In this document: positions 19,009 to 31,725 of the stretch, one piece after another
How the letters are laid out: the number at the start of each line of letters is the position of its first letter
How positions within the stretch are numbered: position 1 is the stretch's first letter
Program-made: the position numbers and the translations under genes
Assembly (NCBI GenBank): GCA_002269645.1
Contig: NIVC01004050.1
Location: 1-31,725, forward strand
Direction: 5' to 3'
DNA from: Macrostomum lignano
Taxonomy: Eukaryota
Length of the DNA: 31,725 nucleotides
Notes under the pieces: model-generated
Told to the model about the DNA's origin: nothing
Seen by the model: only the letters and a program-made list of their open reading frames with translations
The model's database searches: none

Positions 19009-19859
19009 TAATAACTTTCTTTTGATTGCCCACAAGCTAGGTTGTCTATGACCCAAACTCCAACTTTCGGTTTCAGCCCCAAACCAACTGTACTTTATTT
19101 TTATTAAATAGACGCGATCGCCCCCCAGTCAAGGTTTAACCTTTCGCTCAACTTAATCAATCATCTTCATCTTTTGGTAGCCAGCGCTACAATATTTAAC
19201 TTCTCGAATAGCGGCGTGCTTTCTGACGTCTGAGCATGAGACGCAGGCGTATTTCAATTAACTTCGCATTAACGCCTCCGCTTCCCGCCCCTGCTAACTG
19301 ACTACTGAGGGCAATTTCAAACACATTTCGCCTGGGCCTGGTGGGCGGATGCGGGCTGCCCACCGATGGCCATCCGCTTGTCGTCGAGCGGATTCACCAG
19401 ATGTGTGGTGCTGTTTTCCGTTAAAATATGATAACACAGAATTCTGGTTGATTATTGACTACGAAGCATGCCGTAGGTGGACTTTTTGTTTAAATCCTGC
19501 TCGCTTTTTCGGATTTTCGGATCTCGCAATGAGATTTCAGTCTGCTAGCATGGAACCGGGAGACAAGCAACTCACCGAAAGTCCATGAAAGTCCAGGCTG
19601 CGAACGTTCTCGAAGATTTTCTCTTTGAAACTCGAGCAGTCGAGGTCGGCAGGCTCGGCAGTGTAATTCTCGCCCTGCTCCAGGGTGGCGTTGATGGCCA
19701 GGGCGGCCGCCGTCACCGCGTCGAAACGCGTGTCGAAGCCGTTGATGCCGGATCTCAGGGGGTTTGCGGTCCAGCTGCCGAACTGGCTGAGGAAGTCCTC
19801 GTAGGTCTCGTCTCTTGTCTGAAATTGTGCGGCCTACCCTCTGAAGAACTCGCTTCAGA

Positions 19860-20050
19860 GATGTCACGACAGTCAGAGATGTCCCGATATATCTTGACAT
19901 CGTGACATCTCTGACATCGTGACAACTTGACATCGTGACATCTCTGACATCGTGACATCTTGACATCGTGACGTCTTGACATCGTGACGTCTTGACATCG
20001 TTGACGTCTTGACATCGGGACATCTTGGTATCTGCCATCGGGACATCTTA
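19860..20050. repeat. TGACATC-core repeat in intron 6 of gene B
   Basis: Read directly; shorter than in A. Confidence 0.85.
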
Positions 20051-20699
20051 ATATCCTAGAATATTTACATCCTAAAAACATCTTGACAAATGGCATTCTG
20101 GCTTAAAAACATCCTGACTTAAAGACATCCTGACATAATAGCATCCTTACATATCAACATCCTGGCACATTAGCACCCTTACATCTTAAACATAATGACA
20201 TATTAGCATCTTGACTTTGTAGCATGACATCCTGACGTCCTGGCGTCCGATATTACAATACCGATATGAAATTACCGATATATTTGCAGCCTAGCGGACA
20301 TACTGATATTCTGACATTTTGACAAAATATCGGCACTATGCTTGACTCTCAAACATTCCTGGTTCTCAGCACCATGACGTCCTGACAGTATGACAACTTA
20401 AAGCTTTGAAATTTCGACATGTCGAAGTTCTGACATTCAGACATCGCAATTCTTACTCGACCCGTCAGTCCAGCGGGGTTCCTCCTCCCCGGATCCTCCT
20501 GGTCATTGTCCAGCACTATGGAACCCTCCATGGCCACGGCTCGCTCGGAATCAGAGCAGCTTCCATTATGATTGAGCTGCGTGGTTGCCGGAAGCCCCAT
20601 CTGAATCCACTGGTACTTGGGTCCGTACGCTCCCAGCCGCTTGATCTGTGTTTGTTAGCGCTTTTTTTAGACTCCGTGTTAAACCGTTACTGATCTCAA

Positions 20700-21825
20700 G
20701 ATTCGGAGGTGGGTGGATTCGGGTCTGGGAGATTGAGGTCTGAGAGATTCGAGTGTGGGAGATTCGGGGGTGGGAGATTCGGGTGTGGGAGATTCAGGTG
20801 TGGGAGATTCGGGTGTGGAAGATTCGGGTGTGGGAGATTCGGGTGTGGAAGATTCGGGTCTGGGAGATTCGGGTGTGGAAGATTCGGGTGTGGGAGATTC
20901 GGGTGTGGAAGATTCGGGTCTGGGAGATTCGGGTGTGGAAGATTCGGGTCTGGGAGATTCGGGTCTGGGAGATTCGGGTCTGGGAGATTCGGGTCTGGGA
21001 GATTCGGGTGTGGGTGGATTCGTGTATTGGGAGATTCGTGTATTGGGAGATTCGGGTGTGGAAGATTCGGGTGTGGGAGATTCGGGTGTGGAAGATTCGG
21101 GTCTGGGAGATTCGGGTCTGGGAGATTCGGGTGTGGGAGATTCGGGTGTGGGAGATTCGGGTGTGGGAAATTCGGGTGTGGAAGATTCGGGTGTGGGAGA
21201 TTCGGGTGTGGAAGATTCGGGTCTGGGAGATTCGGGTCTGGGAGATTCGGGTCTGGGAGATTCGGGTCTGGGAGATTCGGGTGTGGGTGGATTCGTGTAT
21301 TGGGAGATTCGTGTATTGGGAGATTAGGGTGTGGAAGATTCGGGTGTGGGAGATTCGGGTGTGGAAGATTCGGGTCTGGGAGATTCGGGTGTGGGAGATT
21401 CGGGTGTGGGAGATTCGGGTGTGGGAGATTCGGGTGTTGGAAATTCGGGTGTGGAAGATTCGGGTGTGGGAGATTCGGGTGTGGAAGATTCCGGTCTGGA
21501 GATTCGGGTGTGGGAGATTCGGGTGTGGGAGATTCGGGTGTGGGTGGATTCGGGTGTGGGTGGATTAGGGAGTGGGTGGATACGGGTGTGGTTGGATTTG
21601 GGTGTGGGTGGATTCGGGTGTGGTTGGATTTGGGTGTGGGTGGATTCGGGTGTGGTTGGATTTGGGTGTGGGTGGATTCGGGTGTGGTTGGATTTGGGTG
21701 TGGGTGGATTCGGGTGTGGTTGGATTTGGGTGTGGGTGGATTCGGGTGTGGTTGGATTCGGGTGTGGGTGGATTCGTGTGTGGGTGGATTCGGGTGTGGT
21801 TGGATTTGGGTGTGGGTGGATTCGG
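20700..21825. repeat. G-rich 15-16 bp repeat (GATTCGGGTGTGGGA/GAA) in intron 5 of gene B
   Basis: Read directly. Confidence 0.95.
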
Positions 21826-22452
21826 TGCCCTACCACGCAGTCCAGCCGCTTATCCGACTGTTCAGCGGCGATCGAGCGAACAGCGATGAAGATTCGAATG
21901 TCCTTTTGCTGCAAATCATAATAAGTAAACTCACTGCGATAGTTTTATAATTTAAATTGTTTATGTTAAAAATTATTGACGTGAGAAATTATCACTTACC
22001 AGAAGGCTTGTCAGGGCGGCAGTGGCGTCAGTAAAGTACATCCGTTTGGAATAGCTGATGTTGCGGGCCATGAAATCTGTCTCCAGCTCGCTGGCCACCT
22101 GGAAGAAATCGTTTAACAAAAAAACTTCTTTTATCGCGCACTGACTGCATAAGTGACATTTAGTGACACACAGTGACACACAGTGACTCACAGTCACACA
22201 CAGTGACACCATCTGTTGCACAAGTGTGACACAGATGACGCACATATCTACTCACCGATTTGAATGCGGAGTAGTCTTGAACTAGAAAGCCGATCTTCTT
22301 CCAATTGAACTTGGTCACAATTGACACCAACGGTTTCACATAGACGTTAAAAGTAGTGGACATTCTCGTGTAGTACGGGTAGATCGACCGATCGCTTAGT
22401 TCCGGCGACAGATTCAGGCCAATCTGAAAATTATGGAATTAAATCATAACAA

Positions 22453-25400
22453 AGTCACACAGTTTAGCCACAGTCTCTCACCTGAGTCACACAGTTTAGC
22501 CACAGTCTCTCACCTGAGTCACACAGTTTAGCCACAGTCTCTCACCTGAGTCACACAGTTTAGCCACAGGCTCTCACCTGAGTCACAGTTTAGCCACAGG
22601 CTCTCACCTGAGTCACACAGTTTAGCCACAGTCTCTCTCCTGAGTCACACAGTTTAGCCTCAGTCTCTCACCTCAGTCACACAGTTTAGCCACAGTCTCT
22701 CTCCTGAGTCACACAGTTTAGCCACAGTCTCTCACCTGAGTCACACAGTTTAGTCACAGTCTCTCACCTGAGTCACACAGTTTAGTCACAGTCTCTCACC
22801 TGAGTCACACAGTTTAGCCACAGTCTACCACCTGAGTCACACAGTTTAGTCACAGTCTCTCACCTGAGTCACACAGTTTAGCCTCAGTCTCTAACCTGAG
22901 TCACACAGTTTAGCCTCAGTCTCTCACCTGAGTCACACAGTCTAGCCACATTCTCTCACCTGAGTCACACAGTTTAGCCTCAGTCTCTCACCTGAGTCAC
23001 ACAGTTAGCCACAGTCTCTCACCTGAGTCACACAGTTTAGCCACAGTCTCTCACCTGAGTCACACAGTTTAGCCACAGTCTCTCACCTGAGTCACAGTTT
23101 AGCCTCAGTCTCTCACCTGAGTCACACAGTTTAGTCACAGTCTCTCACCTGAGTCACACAGTTTAGCCACAGTCTCTCACCTGAGTCACACAGTTTAGCC
23201 ACAGTCTCTCACCTGAGTCACACAGTTTAGCCACAGTCTCTCACCTGAGTCACAGAGTTGAGTCACAGTCTCTCACCTGAGTCACACAGTTGAGTCACAG
23301 TCTCTCACCTGAGTCACACAGTTTAGTCACAGTCTCTCACCTGAGTCACACAGTTTAGCCACAGTCTCTCACCTGAGTCACACAGTCTAGCCACAGTCTC
23401 TCACCTGAGTCACACAGTTTAGCCTCAGTCTCTAACCTGAGTCACACAGTTTAGCCTCAGTCTCTCACCTTAGTCACACAGTCTAGCCACATTCTCTCAC
23501 CTGAGTCACACAGTTTAGCCTCAGTCTCTCACCTTAGTCACACAGTCTAGCCACAGTCTCTCACCTGAGTCACACAGTTTAGCCACAGTCTCTCACCTGA
23601 GTCACACAGTTTAGCCACAGTCTCTCACCTGAGTCACAGTTTAGCCTCAGTCTCTCACCTGAGTCACACAGTCTAGCCTCAGTCTCTCACCTGAGTCACA
23701 CAGTTTAGCCACAGTCTCTCACCTGAGTCACACAGTTTAGTCACAGTCTCTCACCTGAGTCACACAGTTTAGCACAGTCTCTCACCTGAGTCACACAGTT
23801 GAGTCACAGTCTCTCACCTGAGTCACACAGTTTAGTCACAGTCTCTCACCTGAGTCACACAGTTGAGTCACAGTCTCTCACCTGAGTCACACAGTTTAGC
23901 CACAGTCTCTCACCTGAGTCACACAGTCTAGCCTCAGTCTCTCACCTCAGTCACACAGTTTAGCCACAGTCTCTCTCCTGAGTCACACAGTTTAGCCACA
24001 GTCTCTCACCTGAGTCACACAGTTTAGTCACAGTCTCTCACCTGAGTCACACAGTTTAGTCACAGTCTCTCACCTGAGTCACACAGTTTAGTCACAGTCT
24101 CCCACCTGAGTCACACAGTTTAGTCACAGTCTCTCACCTGAGTCACACAGTTTAGCCTCAGTCTCTAACCTGAGTCACACAGTTTAGCCTCAGTCTCTCA
24201 CCTTAGTCACACAGTCTAGCCACATTCTCTCACCTGAGTCACACAGTTTAGCCTCAGTCTCTCACCTTAGTCACACAGTCTAGCCACAGTCTCTCACCTG
24301 AGTCACACAGTTTAGCCACAGTCTCTCACCTGAGTCACAGTTTAGCCTCAGTCTCTCACCTGAGTCACACAGTCTAGCCTCAGTCTCTCACCTGAGTCAC
24401 ACAGTTTAGCCACAGTCTCTCACCTGAGTCACACAGTTTAGCCACAGTCTCTCACCTGAGTCACACAGTTTAGCCACAGTCTCTCACCTGAGTCACACAG
24501 TTGAGTCACAGTCTCTCACCTGAGTCACACAGTTTAGTCACAGTCTCTCACCTGAGTCACACAGTTGAGTCACAGTCTCTCACCTGAGTCACACAGTTTA
24601 GCCACAGTCTCTCACCTGAGTCACACAGTCTAGCCTCAGTCTCTCACCTGAGTCACACAGTTTAGTCACAGTCTCCCACCTGAGTCACACAGTTTAGTCA
24701 CAGTCTCTCACCTGAGTCACACAGTTTAGCCTCAGTCTCTAACCTGAGTCACACAGTTTAGCCTCAGTCTCTCACCTGAGTCACACAGTCTAGCCACATT
24801 CTCTCACCTGAGTCACACAGTTTAGCCTCAGTCTCTCACCTTAGTCACACAGTCTAGCCACAGTCTCTCACCTGAGTCACACAGTTTAGCCACAGTCTCT
24901 CACCTGAGTCACACAGTTTAGCCACAGTCTCTCACCTGAGTCACACAGTTTAGCCACAGTCTCTCACCTGAGTCACACAGTTTAGTCACAGTCTCTCACC
25001 TGAGTCACACAGTCTAGGCACAGTCTCTCACCTGAGTCACACAGTTGAGTCACAGTCTCTCACCTGAGTCACACAGTTTAGTCACAGTCTCTCACCTGAG
25101 TCACACAGTTGAGTCACAGTCTCTCACCTGAGTCACACAGTTTAGCCACAGTCTCTCACCTGAGTCACACAGTCTAGCCTCAGTCTCTCACCTCAGTCAC
25201 ACAGTTTAGCCACAGTCTTTCTCCTGAGTCACACAGTTTAGCCACAGTCTCTCACCTGAGTCACACAGTTTAGTCACAGTCTCTCACCTGAGTCACACAG
25301 TTTAGTCACAGTCTCTCACCTGAGTCACACAGTTTAGTCACAGTCTCCCACCTGAGTCACACAGTTTAGTCACAGTCTCTCACCTGAGTCACACAGTTTA

Positions 25401-28400
25401 GCCTCAGTCTCTCACCTTAGTCACACAGTCTAGCCACATTCTCTCACCTGAGTCACACAGTTTAGCCTCAGTCTCTCACCTTAGTCACACAGTCTAGCCA
25501 CAGTCTCTCACCTGAGTCACACAGTTTAGCCACAGTCTCTCACCTGAGTCACAGTTTAGCCTCAGTCTCTCACCTGAGTCACACAGTTTAGCCTCAGTCT
25601 CTCACCTGAGTCACACAGTTTAGCCACAGTCTCTCACCTGAGTCACACAGTTTAGTCACAGTCTCTCACCTGAGTCACACAGTTTAGCCACAGTCTCTCA
25701 CCTGAGTCACACAGTTGAGTCACAGTCTCTCACCTGAGTCACACAGTTTAGTCACAGTCTCTCACCTGAGTCACACAGTTAGCCTCAGTCTCTCACCTGA
25801 GTCACACAGTTTAGTCACAGTCTCTCACCTGAGTCACACAGTTTAGTCACAGTCTCTCACCTGAGTCACACAGTTTAGTCACAGTCTCTCACCTGAGTCA
25901 CACAGTTTAGTCAGTCTCTCACCTGAGTCACACAGTTTAGCCACAGTCTCTCACCTGAGTCACACAGTTTAGCCACAGTCTCTCACCTGAGTCACACAGT
26001 TTAGCCTCAGTCTCTCACCTGAGTCACACAGTTAGCCTCAGTCTCTCACCTGAGTCACACAGTTTAGCCACAGTCTCTCACCTGAGTCACACAGTTTAGC
26101 CACAGTCTCTCACCTGAGTCACACAGTTTAGCCACAGTCTCTCACCTGAGTCACACAGTTTAGCCACAGTCTCTCACCTGAGTCACACAGTTTAGTCACA
26201 GTCTCTCACCTGAGTCACACAGTTAGTCACAGTCTCTCACCTGAGTCACACAGTTTAGCCACAGTCTCTCACCTGAGTCACACAGTTTAGCCTCAGTCTC
26301 TCACCTGAGTCACACAGTTTAGCCACAGTCTCTCACCTGAGTCACACAGTTTAGCCACAGTCTCTCACCTGAGTCACACAGTTTAGTCACAGTCTCTCAC
26401 CTGAGTCACACAGTTTAGTCCACAGTCTCTCACCTGAGTCACACAGTTTAGTCACAGTCTCTCACCTGAGTCACACAGTTTAGTCACAGTCTCTCACCTG
26501 AGTCACACAGTTTAGTCAGTCTCTCACCTGAGTCACACAGTTTAGTCACAGTCTCTCACCTGAGTCACACAGTTTAGTCACAGTCTCTCACCTGAGTCAC
26601 ACAGTTTAGCCTCAGTCTCTCACCTGAGTCACACAGTTTAGCCTCAGTCTCTCACCTGAGTCACACAGTTTAGCCACAGTCTCTCACCTGAGTCACACAG
26701 TTTAGCCACAGTCTCTCACCTGAGTCACACAGTTTAGCCTCAGTCTCTCACCTGAGTCACACAGTTTAGCCTCAGTCTCTCACCTGAGTCACACAGTTTA
26801 GCCACAGTCTCTCACCTGAGTCACACAGTTTAGCCACAGTCTCTCACCTGAGTCACACAGTTTAGCCACAGTCTCTCACCTGAGTCACACAGTTAGCCTC
26901 AGTCTCTCACCTGAGTCACACAGTTTAGCCACAGTCTCTCACCTGAGTCACACAGTTTAGCCACAGTCTCTCACCTGAGTCACACAGTTAGCCTCAGTCT
27001 CTCACCTGAGTCACACAGTTTAGTCACAGTCTCTCACCTGAGTCACACAGTTTAGTCACAGTCTCTCACCTGAGTCACACAGTTTAGCCACAGTCTCTCA
27101 CCTGAGTCACACAGTTTAGCCTCAGTCTCTCACCTGAGTCACACAGTTTAGCCTCAGTCTCTCACCTGAGTCACACAGTTTAGTCACAGTCTCTCACCTG
27201 AGTCACACAGTTTAGCCACAGTCTCTCACCTGAGTCACACAGTTTAGCCACAGTCTCTCACCTGAGTCACACAGTTTAGCCACAGTCTCTCACCTGAGTC
27301 ACACAGTTTAGCCACAGTCTCTCACCTGAGTCACACAGTTTAGCCACAGTCTCTCACCTGAGTCACACAGTTTAGCCACAGTCTCTCACCTGAGTCACAC
27401 AGTTTAGCCTCACAGTCTCTCACCTGAGTCACACAGTTTAGCCACAGTCTCTCACCTGAGTCACACAGTTTAGCCACAGTCTCTCACCTGAGTCACACAG
27501 TTTAGCCACAGTCTCTCACCTGAGTCACACAGTTTAGCCACAGTCTCTCACCTGAGTCACACAGTTTAGCCACAGTCTCTCACCTGAGTCACACAGTTTA
27601 GTCACAGTCTCTCACCTGAGTCACACAGTTTAGTCACAGTCTCTCACCTGAGTCACACAGTTTAGCACAGTCTCTCACCTGAGTCACACAGTTTAGCCAC
27701 AGTCTCTCACCTGAGTCACACAGTTTAGCCACAGTCTCTCACCTGAGTCACACAGTTTAGCCACAGTCTCTCACCTGAGTCACACAGTTTAGTCACAGTC
27801 TCTCACCTGAGTCACACAGTTTAGTCACAGTCTCTCACCTGAGTCACACAGTTTAGTCACAGTCTCTCACCTGAGTCACACAGTTTAGTCACAGTCTCTC
27901 ACCTGAGTCACACAGTTTAGCACAGTCTCTCACCTGAGTCACACAGTTTAGCCACAGTCTCTCACCTGAGTCACACAGTTTAGCCACAGTCTCTCACCTG
28001 AGTCACACAGTTTAGCCAGTCTCTCACCTGAGTCACACAGTTTAGCCACAGTCTCTCACCTGAGTCACACAGTTTAGCACAGTCTCTCACCTGAGTCACA
28101 CAGTTTAGCACAGTCTCTCACCTGAGTCACACAGTTTAGTCACAGTCTCTCACCTGAGTCACACAGTTTAGTCACAGTCTCTCACCTGAGTCACACAGTT
28201 TAGTCACAGTCTCTCACCTGAGTCACACAGTTTAGCCACAGTCTCTCACCTGAGTCACACAGTTTAGCCTCACAGTCTCTCACCTGAGTCACACAGTTTA
28301 GTCACAGTCTCTCACCTGAGTCACACAGTTTAGTCACAGTCTCTCACCTGAGTCACACAGTTTAGTCACAGTCTCTCACCTGAGTCACACAGTTTAGCCT

Positions 28401-30460
28401 CAGTCTCTCACCTGAGTCACACAGTTTAGCCACAGTCTCTCACCTGAGTCACACAGTTTAGCCTCAGTCTCTCACCTGAGTCACACAGTTTAGCCACAGT
28501 CTCTCACCTGAGTCACACAGTTTAGCCACAGTCTCTCACCTGAGTCACACAGTTTAGTCACAGTCTCTCACCTGAGTCACACAGTTTAGTCACAGTCTCT
28601 CACCTGAGTCACACAGTTTAGTCACAGTCTCTCACCTGAGTCACACAGTTTAGCCACAGTCTCTCACCTGAGTCACACAGTTTAGTCACAGTCTCTCACC
28701 TGAGTCACACAGTTTAGTCACAGTCTCTCACCTGAGTCACACAGTTTAGTCACAGTCTCTCACCTGAGTCACACAGTTTAGCACAGTCTCTCACCTGAGT
28801 CACACAGTTTAGCCTCAGTCTCTCACCTGAGTCACACAGTTTAGCCACAGTCTCTCACCTGAGTCACACAGTTTAGCCACAGTCTCTCACCTGAGTCACA
28901 CAGTTAGCCTCAGTCTCTCACCTGAGTCACACAGTTTAGCCACAGTCTCTCACCTGAGTCACACAGTTTAGCCACAGTCTCTCACCTGAGTCACACAGTT
29001 TAGCACAGTCTCTCACCTGAGTCACACAGTTTAGCCACAGTCTCTCACCTGAGTCACACAGTTTAGCCACAGTCTCTCACCTGAGTCACACAGTTTAGCC
29101 ACAGTCTCTCACCTGAGTCACACAGTTTAGCCACAGTCTCTCACCTGAGTCACACAGTTTAGCCACAGTCTCTCACCTGAGTCACACAGTTTAGCCACAG
29201 TCTCTCACCTGAGTCACACAGTTTAGCCACAGTCTCTCACCTGAGTCACACAGTTAGCCTCAGTCTCTCACCTGAGTCACACAGTTTAGCCACAGTCTCT
29301 CACCTGAGTCACACAGTTTAGTCACAGTCTCTCACCTGAGTCACACAGTTTAGTCACAGTCTCTCACCTGAGTCACACAGTTTAGCACAGTCTCTCACCT
29401 GAGTCACACAGTTTAGCCTCAGTCTCTCACCTGAGTCACACAGTTTAGCCACAGTCTCTCACCTGAGTCACACAGTTTAGCCTCAGTCTCTCACCTGAGT
29501 CACACAGTTTAGCCACAGTCTCTCACCTGAGTCACACAGTTTAGCCACAGTCTCTCACCTGAGTCACACAGTTTAGCCACAGTCTCTCACCTGAGTCACA
29601 CAGTTTAGCCACAGTCTCTCACCTGAGTCACACAGTTTAGCCACAGTCTCTCACCTGAGTCACACAGTTTAGCCACAGTCTCTCACCTGAGTCACACAGT
29701 TTAGCCACAGTCTCTCACCTGAGTCACACAGTTTAGCCACAGTCTCTCACCTGAGTCACACAGTTTAGCCACAGTCTCTCACCTGAGTCACACAGTTTAG
29801 CCTCAGTCTCTCACCTGAGTCACACAGTTTAGCCTCAGTCTCTCACCTGAGTCACACAGTTAGCCTCAGTCTCTCACCTGAGTCACACAGTTTAGCCACA
29901 GTCTCTCACCTGAGTCACACAGTTAGCCTCAGTCTCTCACCTGAGTCACACAGTTTAGCCACAGTCTCTCACCTGAGTCACACAGTTTAGCCACAGTCTC
30001 TCACCTGAGTCACACAGTTTAGCCACAGTCTCTCACCTGAGTCACACAGTTTAGCCAGTCTCTCACCTGAGTCACACAGTTTAGCCACAGTCTCTCACCT
30101 GAGTCACACAGTTTAGCCACAGTCTCTCACCTGAGTCACACAGTTTAGCCACAGTCTCTCACCTGAGTCACACAATTTAGCCACAGTCTCTCACCTGAGT
30201 CACACAGTAGCCACAGTCTCTCACTTGAGTCACACAGTAGCCACAGTCTCTCACCTGAGTCACACAGTTTAGCCACAGTCTCTCACCTGAGTCACACAGT
30301 CTAGCCACAGTCTCTCACCTGAGTCACACAGTTTAGTCACAGTCTCTCACCTGAGTCACACAGTTTAGTCACAGTCTCTCACCTGAGTCACACAGTTTAG
30401 CCACAGTATCTCACCTCAGTCACACAGTTTAGTCACAGTCTCTCACCTGAGTCACACAGT
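22453..30460 (-). repeat. 8-kb satellite of a 32-bp unit (~250 copies) filling intron 2 of gene B; the unit is the exon 2 end plus splice donor
   Basis: Plus-strand unit CACAGTCTCTCACCTGAGTCACACAGTTTAGC. It is continuous into exon 2 at 30447-30460. Copy number is estimated as ~8008/32. Confidence 0.97.
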
Positions 30461-30959
30461 AGTAGCGCGGGCCAGCTCAGCAATGACCTGAGACTGCTGC
30501 GAGAAGCTGGCGCCCAGCATCAGCGCCTTGTTGCTGCCACTGAGGTAGCCGTCAACAAATGCCTTCAGAGCGGCGCCAACGTCTTCCTGCTGTTAATTGT
30601 GTATTTGAGTTGCGTTGCATTTACTTAATTGTGGCGACAAAATCTCCACTGATTGTAAAATTTCCATGGCGAAAAGCAATCAGTCTTAAAGGTTTAATTT
30701 AATCAAATTCACTCTTGAAGCGTTTTGAAGCTCTCAGCATAGTAACTGAGAGTTGTTGACTTCTGCTGAGAACAATATCGCTGTTTCTTTATATACGGGA
30801 GTTCGTGTCCACCTTTCGCTTTAGAATTCGAACAATGGACCAGCATGTATGCGCCATAAATTACACTTTGTATTAAAATTTTCCTTACAGACAACAATAT
30901 TGCTACTGATTTGTTAAATTACTTGGGGATTGTAACAAATTCAATTTTTTGATGCTCAT

Positions 30960-31003
30960 CTAGATAACTAACTAGCTAACTAACTAACTAGATAACTAAC
31001 TAG

Positions 31004-31070
<67 letters not shown>

Positions 31071-31071
31071 G

Positions 31072-31115
<44 letters not shown>

Positions 31116-31262
31116 TACTAACTAACTAACTAACTAACTAACTAACAACCTAACTAACTAACTAACTAACTAAGTAACTAACTTACTAACTTACTAACTA
31201 ACTAACTTACAACTTACTAACTAACTAACTTACTAACTAACTAACTAACTAACTAACTAAGT
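30960..31262. repeat. (TAAC)n microsatellite in intron 1 of gene B
   Basis: Read directly. Confidence 0.95.
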
Positions 31263-31725
31263 AATTCTTGCAATAAACAAGAAAAACGTCAAGTTCGCAA
31301 CAAAATAACAAAGTACCCCTTTGATTAGTCGAATGTCGGGCCTCAGCTTGAAGCTTGGAAACAATTCCATCCTGGTGTTCAAGTATCGGATCGAATAGTT
31401 GAAATAATGGACCTCGTTGAAGAATGGAATTTCCTTGGAAATGGCAATGAGGATGTGCACTTCCGGCCTGTCGTCCGCCGGTTGGAGACGACAGCGGTCA
31501 GACAGGCGACTGCCAGCAGAAATTTCAGGGGCAAGCGCATGCTGCCGCAGAGCTGAGACTAGTGAGTATAGACTGGGCTGCTCGAGCGACAGCTCAGAGA
31601 GTTTCGATGCTCAGTTGATTTTGAGAGATTTATCACCTGCTAATAACTGTTCGCGACTTCTGATTGGGCGATTGGGTGAACAGGCTTTTTCAGGTCCATC
31701 CGCTATGCTAAAAAGTGGTTTTACC

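Noticed and set aside
19020-19520. Extra B-specific sequence after the inverted-repeat element (79-aa ORF 19349-19588)
   Set aside because: No recognisable domain or terminal structure, so its origin is unresolved.
22453-30460. CRISPR-like 32-bp direct repeats
   Set aside because: The units are contiguous with no unique spacers, there are no cas genes, and the context is a eukaryotic intron.

Overview
Eukaryotic (metazoan) genomic DNA that is rich in tandem repeats. The repeat-stuffed introns suggest a flatworm such as Macrostomum, but this is inference only. Manual splicing of the minus strand gives two tandem, head-to-tail paralogues of a 13-exon class C GPCR of the GABA-B-receptor-like type (signal peptide, Venus flytrap domain, 7TM, no cysteine-rich domain). 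Copy A spans 3084-11538 and is an intact 749-aa ORF. Copy B spans 14597-31540 with the same exon sizes, except for two +2 insertions in exons 1 and 2 (pseudogene or consensus error). Nearly every intron above about 90 bp carries its own tandem-repeat family. The most striking signal is that two arrays (a 32-bp unit in intron 2 and a 56-bp unit in intron 11) are tandem copies of the exon-end/5' splice donor junction itself (CAG|GT). In copy B the 32-bp unit is amplified to about 250 copies (8 kb), against 3 in copy A. The window also holds two adjacent long hairpins/foldback elements (1-792, 805-1864), a MITE-like insert, an inverted-repeat element with an HTH-like remnant, and a decayed BEL/Pao RT fragment. 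Almost all ORFs in the supplied track are repeat translations, not genes.
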